DNA of 64,000 bases from an uncultured Acidobacteriota bacterium (GTDB lineage Bacteria; Acidobacteriota; Thermoanaerobaculia; Multivoradales; SZUA-115), in contig CAWDVR010000005.1 in the NCBI GenBank assembly GCA_963805975.1, forward strand, positions 1 through 64,000, given 5' to 3'. Positions 25,391 through 33,611 of the stretch are shown piece by piece (positions within the stretch are counted from its first letter, which is position 1; every line of letters begins with the position of its first letter). Below the pieces are notes generated by a model. The model was not told the origin of the DNA, made no database searches, and saw nothing but the letters and a program-made list of their open reading frames with translations. Both the position numbers and the translations under genes were made by a program.

Positions 25391-26161
25391 ATGCTTCGCA
25401 AGACCCCATATCGCGCGTTTGCCGCCCTCGTGGGCCTCGCCCTGGCCGCACCCCTCGGCGCCGCCGAGGCCCCGAAGACCGCCGACGAGGTGATCGCCCT
25501 CAACCTCGCGGCCCGCGGCGGCGCCGACAAGATCGCCGCCATGAAGACCATGCGCCTCACCGGCAAGATGGCGATGGCCCCCGGTATGGAGGCACCCTTC
25601 GTCCTCGAGTGGAAGCGGCCCAACAAGATGCGCATCGAGTTCACCCTCCAGGGGATGACCGGCATCCAGGCCTTCGACGGTGAGACCGCCTGGATGCTGA
25701 TGCCGTTCCTCGGTCAGACCGCACCCGAGCGCATGCCCGAGGCGCAGGCCAAAGAGGTCATCGACCAGGCCGATGTCGAGGGGGCGCTGGTCAACTACAA
25801 GGAGAAGGGCAACCAGGTCGAATACCTGGGAGTGGTCGACATCGAGGGCACGCCCGCCCACAAGCTCAAGGTCACCAAGAAGAGCGGCGACGTCGTCAAC
25901 TACTACCTCGACACCGACTCCAACCTCGAGATCAAGGCCGAGATGAAGCGCACCGACAACGGCCAGGAGCAGGTGGTGGAGGTTAGCTTCGGCGACTACA
26001 AGGAGGTCTCCGGCCTGATGGTCTGGCACGCGATGGAAGCCAAGGCCCCCGGCGCCCCGGGCGGCCAGGCGATGACCTTGGAGAAGGTCGAGGTCAACGC
26101 GGACCTGCCCGACGCCCGCTTCTCCATGCCGCCGGCCGCCCCGAAGCCGCCGGGCGGCTGA
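25391..26161 (+). CDS. Secreted LolA-like / outer-membrane lipoprotein-sorting protein
   Basis: Signal peptide; ARGG.DK, KRPNKMRIE, QAFDG..AW and DYKEVSG. Confidence 0.7.
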   Translation: MLRKTPYRAFAALVGLALAAPLGAAEAPKTADEVIALNLAARGGADKIAAMKTMRLTGKMAMAPGMEAPFVLEWKRPNKMRIEFTLQGMTGIQAFDGETAWMLMPFLGQTAPERMPEAQAKEVIDQADVEGALVNYKEKGNQVEYLGVVDIEGTPAHKLKVTKKSGDVVNYYLDTDSNLEIKAEMKRTDNGQEQVVEVSFGDYKEVSGLMVWHAMEAKAPGAPGGQAMTLEKVEVNADLPDARFSMPPAAPKPPGG

Positions 26162-26285
26162 CGCGTACGTCGATCGCTCGACCCGCCGCCCGAGCCTCTG
26201 CCGGTCGGGCGGCTCTCCAATCTCGTCACTGATCCCGGCCGGGGGCTCCGGCCCGCGGCCACCGTCCGTTGGTGAAGGAGGAACC

Positions 26286-29200
26286 ATGTGCTCTCGTTGG
26301 AGTTTGTCTGCCTGGAGTGGGTCTGCCTGGAGCCTGTCCCTCTGGTTCGCCATGGCGCTCGCCGCGCTGCCCGCGGCGGCCCAGACCGTGATCGACTCGG
26401 CGACCTTCGGCGGCCTCGAGGCGCGGGACATCGGCCCGGCGGTGATGAGCGGCCGCATCTCCGCCATCGACGCCGTGGGCAAGGACCCGCTGACCATCTG
26501 GGTGGGCACCGCGACCGGCGGCGTCTGGAGGTCGACGGACGGCGGTCTCACCTTCAAGCCGGTGTTCGATGAGCATACGCAGTCCATCGGCGCTCTCGCC
26601 ATCGACCCCAAGGATCCCAAGACGGTGTGGGTCGGCACCGGCGAGTCTTGGACCCGCAACAGCGTCTCGGTGGGCACCGGCGTCTACAAGACGACCGACG
26701 GCGGCGACTCCTGGAAGCTGATGGGCCTTCCCGACTCCGAGCGCATCGCCAGGATCCGCATCGACTCCAAGGACGGCAAGACGGTCTTCGTCTGCGCCAC
26801 CGGACACCTGTGGAGCGTCAACCAGGAGCGTGGCGTCTACAAGACGACCGACGGCGGCGAGACCTGGAAGCGCGTGCTCTACGTGGACGACTCGACCGGC
26901 TGCTCGGACCTGGACGGCGACCCGCAGGACGGCAACGTGCTCTACGCCGGCATGTGGCAGTTTCGCCGCTACCCGGACTTCTTCACCTCGGGCGGCAAGG
27001 GCAGCGGGCTCTTCCGCTCGCTGGACGGCGGCGAGACCTGGCAGCCGGTGACCGCGGGGCTTCCCGCCGGCGAGAAGGGGCGCATCGCGGTGGCCGTCGC
27101 ACCCTCACGTCCCAGCGTCGTCTATGCCACGGTCGAGGCCGAGAAGACGGCGCTCTATCGCTCGGACGACCTGGGCGCGACCTTCCGCGAGGTCAACCAC
27201 TCGTTCAACGTCATCGCGCGACCGTTCTACTTCTCCCGCCTGGTCGTCGATCCCACGGACTACAACCGCCTCTACAAGCCGGGGCTCACCCTCGGCATCT
27301 CCGAGGACGGCGGCAAATCGGTCTCCGGCGGCCTCGACTTCGGCGGCGGCGTGCACTCCGACCACCACGCGCTGTGGATCAACCCGGCCAACCCCCAGGA
27401 GCTGCTGCTCGGCACCGACGGCGGCGTCTACCACTCCTATGACCGCGGCCGCCGCTGGCGCATGGTGCGGGCGCTGCCCGTGTCGCAGTTCTACCATGTG
27501 AGCTTCGACATGGAGCAGCCGTACAACGTCTTCGGCGGCCTCCAGGACAACGGCTCCTGGATGGGCCCGTCGAGCTCGATCGGCGGTATCGAGAACCGCG
27601 ACTGGGAGAACGTCGGCGTGGGCGACGGCTTCCACGTCTACCGCGACCCGGCCGACCCGGACTACCTCTACAGCGAGTTCCAGGGCGGCGAGATCCGCCG
27701 CGTCCGCATCTCGACCCGCGAGGCCCGCGACATCAAGCCGCAGCCCAAGACCGGCGAGCCGGACTACCGCTTCAACTGGAACACCCCGATCGCGACGTCG
27801 CCCAACGAGAAGGGCACGATCTACATCGGCTGCCAGTTCCTCATGCGCTCGCGCGACCAGGGCGAGTCCTGGGAGAAGATCTCGCCCGACCTCACCACCA
27901 ACGACCCCAAGGGCCAGCGGCAGAAGGAGTCGGGCGGCCTGTCGCGCGACAACACCACGGCCGAGAACTACACCACCATCTACTCGATCTCCGAGTCACC
28001 GCGAAACGGCCAGGTGATCTGGGCGGGCACCGACGACGGCAACCTGCAACTGACCCGCGACGGCGGCAAGACCTGGACGAACGTGGTGGCCCAGGTGCCC
28101 GGCGTGCCGGCCAGCACCTGGGTGTCGGCGGTGTCGGCCTCCCCGCACGACGAGGCGGCGGCCTTCGTGACCTTCGACGGTCACCGCGCCGGGGACATGA
28201 AGACCTACGCCTACCGCACCTCGGACTTCGGCCAGACCTGGACGGCAGTCGCGGCCACGGGGGTCGAGGGCTACGCCTGGGTGCTGAAGCAGGACCTGGT
28301 GGACCCCGACCTGCTGTTTCTCGGTACAGAGTTCGGCCTCTACATTTCGATCGACAGCGGCAAGGGATGGGCGCGCTTCACCGGCAACCTGCCCAAGGTG
28401 GCGGTACACGACATCGCCATCCACCCGCGGGACCACGACCTGATCCTCGCCACCCACGGCCGCGGCGTCTACATCATCGACGACATCACGCCGCTGCGGC
28501 AGCTCTCGAGCGAGGTGGTGGAGGCCGAGGTCACGATGCTCGGGGCGCAGCCTTTCCTGATGCCGACCGAGCCCTTCGCCCAGAGCTTCGGCGGCGACGA
28601 CGAGTACGAAGGGAAGAACCCGCCCGAGTCCGCCGTCATCACCTACTACCTCAAGAAGCGGCACGTCTTCGGCGACCTGAAGCTCGAGATCTACGACGCC
28701 GAGGGCAAGCTCCTCTCCACCATCCCGGGCGGCAAGCGCAAGGGGCTCAACCGCGTGCTCTGGCCCATGCGGCTGCCGCCTCCCAAGGTCCCGCCGGCCG
28801 CCTCCCTGGTGCAGGCCTTCGTCGGCCCGCGCGTCGCCGAGGGCACCTACGCGGTGAAGTTGATCAAGGGCAAGGACACGTTCACGGGCGAGGTGACGCT
28901 GGTGGCCGATCCGCGCTCCCCGCACTCGGCCGAGGATCGCGCCGCGCAGCAGAAGCTCTCGATGCGGCTCTACCTGATGCTCGAGGATCTCACCTACCTG
29001 GTCGAGACCGCCGTCGAGGTGCGCGACCAGGCGAGAGCCCAGGCGCGTGCGCTGCCCGAGGGAGATCGCCTGCGGAAGACCCTGGAGGGGCTGGCCCGCG
29101 CCTACGACGAGTTCCGCGCCGGGCTGGTCTCGGCGGACGATGCGACCCTCTTCGCCGGCGACGAGAAGCTGCGCGAGCAGATGTCCGCGCTCTACGCCGG

Positions 29201-29408
29201 CGTCACCGGCTACGAGGGGCGTCCCACCCAGACGCAGCGCGACCGCACGGAGACGCTGGGCGGCAGGCTCGAGGAGGCCCGGAGGCGCTTCGAGGAGCTG
29301 GCGAAAGGTGAGCTGGCGCGCGCCAACGAGGCCCTGAAGAAGAAGGGCCAGCCTGCGATCACCGTCAAGACGCGCGAAGAGTGGAAGGCGGAGCGAGAGA
29401 AGATCTGA
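26286..29408 (+). CDS. VPS10/sortilin-like BNR-repeat beta-propeller (putative glycosyl hydrolase)
   Basis: IGPAVMSGRI, multiple S/TxDGGxTW repeats, GGLQDNGSW, RFNWNTP and ATHGRG. Confidence 0.9.
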   Translation: MCSRWSLSAWSGSAWSLSLWFAMALAALPAAAQTVIDSATFGGLEARDIGPAVMSGRISAIDAVGKDPLTIWVGTATGGVWRSTDGGLTFKPVFDEHTQSIGALAIDPKDPKTVWVGTGESWTRNSVSVGTGVYKTTDGGDSWKLMGLPDSERIARIRIDSKDGKTVFVCATGHLWSVNQERGVYKTTDGGETWKRVLYVDDSTGCSDLDGDPQDGNVLYAGMWQFRRYPDFFTSGGKGSGLFRSLDGGETWQPVTAGLPAGEKGRIAVAVAPSRPSVVYATVEAEKTALYRSDDLGATFREVNHSFNVIARPFYFSRLVVDPTDYNRLYKPGLTLGISEDGGKSVSGGLDFGGGVHSDHHALWINPANPQELLLGTDGGVYHSYDRGRRWRMVRALPVSQFYHVSFDMEQPYNVFGGLQDNGSWMGPSSSIGGIENRDWENVGVGDGFHVYRDPADPDYLYSEFQGGEIRRVRISTREARDIKPQPKTGEPDYRFNWNTPIATSPNEKGTIYIGCQFLMRSRDQGESWEKISPDLTTNDPKGQRQKESGGLSRDNTTAENYTTIYSISESPRNGQVIWAGTDDGNLQLTRDGGKTWTNVVAQVPGVPASTWVSAVSASPHDEAAAFVTFDGHRAGDMKTYAYRTSDFGQTWTAVAATGVEGYAWVLKQDLVDPDLLFLGTEFGLYISIDSGKGWARFTGNLPKVAVHDIAIHPRDHDLILATHGRGVYIIDDITPLRQLSSEVVEAEVTMLGAQPFLMPTEPFAQSFGGDDEYEGKNPPESAVITYYLKKRHVFGDLKLEIYDAEGKLLSTIPGGKRKGLNRVLWPMRLPPPKVPPAASLVQAFVGPRVAEGTYAVKLIKGKDTFTGEVTLVADPRSPHSAEDRAAQQKLSMRLYLMLEDLTYLVETAVEVRDQARAQARALPEGDRLRKTLEGLARAYDEFRAGLVSADDATLFAGDEKLREQMSALYAGVTGYEGRPTQTQRDRTETLGGRLEEARRRFEELAKGELARANEALKKKGQPAITVKTREEWKAEREKI

Positions 29409-29425
29409 CCCTTCACCGACGTCGA

Positions 29426-29458
29426 GCGCGGACCGGCTTTCACCCCGCCGGTCCGCGC
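29426..29458 (+). terminator. Putative terminator hairpin
   Basis: GCGCGGACCGGC-9 nt-GCCGGTCCGCGC just after the stop codon; no U-tract. Confidence 0.5.
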
Positions 29459-29654
29459 CGCCGGCTCTCGCCGAGCTCCAACCCCGCCTCATCCCACCCC
29501 CTTTCGGAAGCGCCGGCTCTTCCCGCGAGCGACAAGTTCTTGCGCTCCCGGGCAATCACCTGGCGATCGGATCTTTCCTCGGAGCGACAGAAAATCCCGC
29601 CTCTGGGATAAGACTTATCACCCGACGCAAAGACCTGATCTAGAACGACTTACA

Positions 29655-29683
29655 TTGCGAAAACCAGGGAGCGTCAATAGATT
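29655..29683 (+). promoter_or_regulatory. Putative sigma70 promoter of XRE gene 1 (leaderless)
   Basis: TTGCGA-17-TAGATT, 8 nt before the GTG start. Confidence 0.6.
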
Positions 29684-29691
29684 TCCGCTCC

Positions 29692-30192
29692 GTGACGACC
29701 TTCAAGCGGTTGGGGCGGGCGCTGCGCTTTCTACGCGAGCAGCAGGGGCGAAGCCAGAAGGAGGTGGCGGTCGCCGCCAACGTGACGCCGCCCATGCTGT
29801 CCGCTTTCGAGAACGAGCGCTCGAGCCCCGAGCTCGACACGCTCGACCGCCTGCTGCACCGCGGGCTCAAGGTCTCGCTGGGGGACCTCGAGTGGGCGCT
29901 CGACATCGTCAACGACCGCCTGCCACGCGACGGAGCCGCGACGGCAGGCCGAGCCGCGCCGAATGGCACGGCTTCCCGCCCGGGAACGCGGGCAACGGGT
30001 GCCCCGGCGCCCGATCCCCTGGTGAACGCGGCGCTTTCCGAGCTGGGGGCTCTCGGCTCGACCCCGCTCGGCGCAGCGCTCGAGCAGGGCTACGCCGAGG
30101 TGGCGCGCGGGCTGCTCCGGCTCAGCCGTGCGGTTCTCGAGTCGATGCTCGAGCCCGCGCACGACCTGCCTTCCTCCGGCCGCGAAGATTGA
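29692..30192 (+). CDS. XRE family HTH regulator (paralog 1)
   Basis: LGRALRFLREQQGRSQKEVA....VTPPMLSAFENERSSPELDTL. Confidence 0.92.
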   Translation: MTTFKRLGRALRFLREQQGRSQKEVAVAANVTPPMLSAFENERSSPELDTLDRLLHRGLKVSLGDLEWALDIVNDRLPRDGAATAGRAAPNGTASRPGTRATGAPAPDPLVNAALSELGALGSTPLGAALEQGYAEVARGLLRLSRAVLESMLEPAHDLPSSGRED

Positions 30193-30218
30193 AGCGCCAG
30201 GCGGCCGGACCGAGCATC

Positions 30219-30247
30219 TTGCGCCGGGGCTCGCGTTCCTCTAGGAT
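30219..30247 (+). promoter_or_regulatory. Putative sigma70 promoter of XRE gene 2
   Basis: TTGCGC-17-TAGGAT. Confidence 0.5.
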
Positions 30248-30278
30248 CGCTCGCGGGCAGGGGGTGAGTGATCACCCG

Positions 30279-30686
30279 ATGCCCGCCCTCCAACAACTCA
30301 TCCTCGATCTTCCCAAAGCCCTGGTCTGGCTGCGGCTCGTGGAGCGACGCAAGCAGCACGAGGTCGCCGACGGCGCCGACCTGACCCAGGCGATGCTCTG
30401 CTCCTATGAGAAGGGCAAGCGGGTCCCCAGCCTGCTGAGCCTGGCACGCACCCTCGACGCGCTCAACGTCGGTTTCGCCGAGCTCGAGCGGGTCCTGCGG
30501 CTGGTGCACAAGGGATCCCCCGATACCGGCGAGCCCGTGGTGCCACCCCCCAAGCGGCGCCGGGTGACGGTACCCGTCACCGAGCTTTCGAGCGAGGATC
30601 TCGCCGCCCTGGTGGGCTCGGAGCAGCCCCTCGAGCCCCGGGAGGAGGCGGCGTTGCGTAAGGTTCTGGTCGCCTTCTGCCGCTAG
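30279..30686 (+). CDS. XRE family HTH regulator (paralog 2)
   Basis: LPKALVWLRLVERRKQHEVADGADLTQAMLCSYEKGKRVPSLLSL; this is the C-terminal part of the 29655..30686 ORF, so the start is uncertain. Confidence 0.88.
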   Translation: MPALQQLILDLPKALVWLRLVERRKQHEVADGADLTQAMLCSYEKGKRVPSLLSLARTLDALNVGFAELERVLRLVHKGSPDTGEPVVPPPKRRRVTVPVTELSSEDLAALVGSEQPLEPREEAALRKVLVAFCR

Positions 30687-30888
30687 AAGGATCGCTCTGA
30701 GACGTCGCGGGTTCCGCGACCAGAGAAAAAGTAGATTTCCTGATCACGAATCCATAGATCCCCGCAAGAGATTTATGTTTCCGAATTAGGGTTCAATATC
30801 TCCAATATGATCTCTGTACAGGAAATAAATCCTCTCGTAAGATAATGCGCCTTGAGGCGTAACTTTTTGAAAAGAAACGACTTGGCGG

Positions 30889-30917
30889 TTGCCCCCAAGC
30901 ACGATGAGGTCTATATT
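30889..30917 (+). promoter_or_regulatory. Putative sigma70 promoter of XRE gene 3 (leaderless)
   Basis: TTGCCC-17-TATATT, 7 nt before ATG 30925. Confidence 0.6.
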
Positions 30918-30924
30918 CCGGCGC

Positions 30925-31398
30925 ATGTCTCGGGTCGCTGCTTTCGAGGGTCTCGGCAAGGCGCTGCGCTGGCTCCGGGACAAGCAGGGTAAGAAGCAGT
31001 ACCAGCTCGCCGAGAGCGCGGGCATCACCAAGGCGATGCTCTCCGCCTACGAGACCGACAAGCAGAAGCCCTCGATCGACACCCTCGAAAAGATCATGAG
31101 CGCTCTCCTGGTGGACCTGCCCGACTTGTTCCACGCCCTGCAGGTCGTCAACGAGGTGCCGCACTTGGCGCGCCGCCAGGATGGTGCGGCGGGCTACGAG
31201 CGCCAGGGGCTCCCGGGCTCTGCTCCAAGACCGGACGTCTATTCGGTGCTGGGCCTCGAGCGGCCGGTCGCGCCGCTCGAGGAGGAGGCGCTGGCCCAGA
31301 TCCTGTACGGCTTCCACCAGCTCCTGCGGCACTTCCACCACGAGCTGGCCGCCGCCCGCGTGGCGCTCACGGTCGACGAGCCGCCGCCGGAGGCGTGA
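30925..31398 (+). CDS. XRE family HTH regulator (paralog 3)
   Basis: LGKALRWLRDKQGKKQYQLAESAGITKAMLSAYETDKQKPSIDTL. Confidence 0.93.
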   Translation: MSRVAAFEGLGKALRWLRDKQGKKQYQLAESAGITKAMLSAYETDKQKPSIDTLEKIMSALLVDLPDLFHALQVVNEVPHLARRQDGAAGYERQGLPGSAPRPDVYSVLGLERPVAPLEEEALAQILYGFHQLLRHFHHELAAARVALTVDEPPPEA

Positions 31399-31422
31399 GG
31401 GGCGCACGCCGTGCGCCCCTAG
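31398..31422. repeat. REP-like palindrome, copy 1
   Basis: AGGGGCGCAC-GCC-GTGCGCCCCT followed by AG, between convergent genes; second copy at 50936. Confidence 0.7.
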
Positions 31423-33611
31423 AACGGATCGAGGACGAAGTACGAGGGCGAAGGCGTCAGGTCCACACGCTCCGTCGGCGGGGGAGCGATCTCTTCGCCG
31501 TCGCGGCTGAAGGCGGCCAGCGCACGGCGTGGAAGGTCGGCCGCGATCCTGCCCTGAATCACGCTCCAACCCACGACCAGCTCGCCGCCTCCGGCAAAGG
31601 CGAAGCGATGGAGCCTCGCCTGCGGCACCGAGGGGAGCGGCCCGAGGGCCGTGGCGCCCGCGAGGCGGCGCACGAGGTGAGCGAGGGCCCAGTAGGCGGG
31701 GCGGCGGGCCAGGCCACCACGGGCACCTCGCTCACCATCACCCGGGCGCGCCAGGCCGTAGCCGCGGGCCACGAGCTGCCACCAGTAGACGCGCTCTGCG
31801 GCGCCGCTCGCCAGGATGGGGAGGTAGAAGCGCACCAGATAGTCCGCCTGCGCCTCTTCGTCGACCGCCACGCTGCGGCCGGCCGGTGAGTGCGGCCCTT
31901 CGGCGAGCGGCCAGTTGATCTCGGTGATCCAGGAGGCAGGACCACTGTTGCGCGCCGTCTCGGCGATCGCCTTCATCAACAAGGCCTTCTCGAGCGCGTC
32001 GAAGCCGAGCTGGCGGTTCTCGGGCGCCCCGCGCCGGTCCACGTAGAGCAGGCTCGCCAGGCCGTCGAGCGCAAAGCCGCGCCGCTTCAGGTTGAGCACG
32101 GCGGTGGTGACGTGGGGCTCGAAGTCGATCACGCCGGGGCCCAGGAGGCGGACGCGGGGATCGCGGCGGGAGAGCTCCTCGCCAGCCGCCCTCGCCAGCT
32201 CGACGTACTCCTGGTGGCGCCAGACACCCCACTTGCTGCGGTTGATCGCCTGGCCGACCTGGAACGCCTGGCCGTAGGGCAGGAAGCGCTCGCCGAGATC
32301 GGCCACGGCCGCGCGCCAGCCTTTCGGGTCTTTCACCAGCTCGCGGGTTTGAGGCAGGGAGAACGCGAGGTCGTACCCTCGCCCGGCGAGCTCGCGGGCG
32401 AGCGCCTCCTCCTCCCTGTGCTCCCGCTGCCAGGGATGGAGCCGCAGCAACACGTGCCGCACCCCCAGCTCCTCGACCGCCGCGAGCAGGGCCTCCGGGT
32501 CGTCGCCGTAGGGCCGGAGAGCGATGCCCGCTCCGCCCCACGGCCGGGGCTCCCGGAAGAGCTCGGCCCGCAGCTGCCGGAAGCGACGCCAGGCCCGCGG
32601 CGCGGCGAGCGCCAGCACCAGGCCGGTCTCGAGGTGGGCGGGGGCATCGGCCAGCCGGACCAGGGCCTTTTCGAGCCGGCCGGCGTGCTGGTGGGGCTGG
32701 TCCGAGAGCGGGTCCCAGACCACGCGGTCGCGGCGCGCGGCGCCGGCGGGAGGCGGCGGGATGTGGGCGTGCGCTCGCCGCGGAGCGAGCGCCGCCACCG
32801 GCCGCCGCAAGCCCCGGAGCGGGCGCTTGGCTCTGCCCTTGAGCTCGAAGCCGGCCTGGTAGAGGCGGAAGAGGCGCCGCTTTCCGGGCGTCAGCTCCGG
32901 CCCCCAGTAGGCGCCCAGCAGCCATTCCTCGAGCGCCGGCCGGGTGAGGGCCAACCGGCAGAGATCGCGGGTGCGCTGGCTGACCGAGAGCCGGCGCGGG
33001 AAACGGCAGCGGTTCAGATCCACCAGGTAGAGCCGGACGGCGCCTGCCGCCGGCTGGACGAGGACGTTGCCCACCGAGAGATCCCGGTGCCAGATGCCCC
33101 CGTCGTGCATTTTCCGCAACAGGCGGCCGAGCGCGGTCAGAAAGGCCTCGGGGCTTACGCCGCCGAGCTCCGGTGCCGAGAGGTCGGCGCCGGCCCGCGC
33201 CGCCCGCAGCAGGGGCCGGGCCTCGAAGGCGCCGTCGATCCGGCGGCAGAGGTAGAACGAGGGTCCTCCAGGCGCCACGGCCTCGACCGCCGCGATCGGC
33301 TCGGGCGTCGGGATCCCGGCCGCGGCCAGGGCGCGGGCCGCGGCGAAGCTCCGCATCCCCTTGCTGCCTCGGAGCCGTCGGGCAAGGCGCCGGCGGAGGC
33401 TCTCCTCGCGGAACTGCTTGACCACCACGGCGACCGCGCCGGCGGGCCCCTGGAGGGCGGCCTGGTAGAGGTAGTTGCGGCCCCAGTGCAGGGTCTCGAG
33501 CGCCGCGGCCGGATCGATCAGGCGGCGGATCTCGGTCTCGAGCTCCCGCGGACGGAATAGAGACGCGACCTCGCCGCGCCAGCCCTCGAAGGCGAAGCGC
33601 TCGCTCGTCAC
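31419..33611 (-). CDS. LPS kinase (InaA/Kdo/WaaP-like) fused to a glycoside hydrolase-like TIM barrel
   Basis: N-terminal VVVKQF, GIPTPEP, HRDLSVGN and LVDLNR; C-terminal WITEINW and ERVYWWQL. The GTG start overlaps the rng stop. Confidence 0.75.
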   Translation of the reverse strand: MTSERFAFEGWRGEVASLFRPRELETEIRRLIDPAAALETLHWGRNYLYQAALQGPAGAVAVVVKQFREESLRRRLARRLRGSKGMRSFAAARALAAAGIPTPEPIAAVEAVAPGGPSFYLCRRIDGAFEARPLLRAARAGADLSAPELGGVSPEAFLTALGRLLRKMHDGGIWHRDLSVGNVLVQPAAGAVRLYLVDLNRCRFPRRLSVSQRTRDLCRLALTRPALEEWLLGAYWGPELTPGKRRLFRLYQAGFELKGRAKRPLRGLRRPVAALAPRRAHAHIPPPPAGAARRDRVVWDPLSDQPHQHAGRLEKALVRLADAPAHLETGLVLALAAPRAWRRFRQLRAELFREPRPWGGAGIALRPYGDDPEALLAAVEELGVRHVLLRLHPWQREHREEEALARELAGRGYDLAFSLPQTRELVKDPKGWRAAVADLGERFLPYGQAFQVGQAINRSKWGVWRHQEYVELARAAGEELSRRDPRVRLLGPGVIDFEPHVTTAVLNLKRRGFALDGLASLLYVDRRGAPENRQLGFDALEKALLMKAIAETARNSGPASWITEINWPLAEGPHSPAGRSVAVDEEAQADYLVRFYLPILASGAAERVYWWQLVARGYGLARPGDGERGARGGLARRPAYWALAHLVRRLAGATALGPLPSVPQARLHRFAFAGGGELVVGWSVIQGRIAADLPRRALAAFSRDGEEIAPPPTERVDLTPSPSYFVLDPF

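Noticed and set aside
21788-29408. Genomic island inserted at tRNA-Glu
   Set aside because: No integrase, no duplicated tRNA 3' end was seen, and codon usage is host-like.
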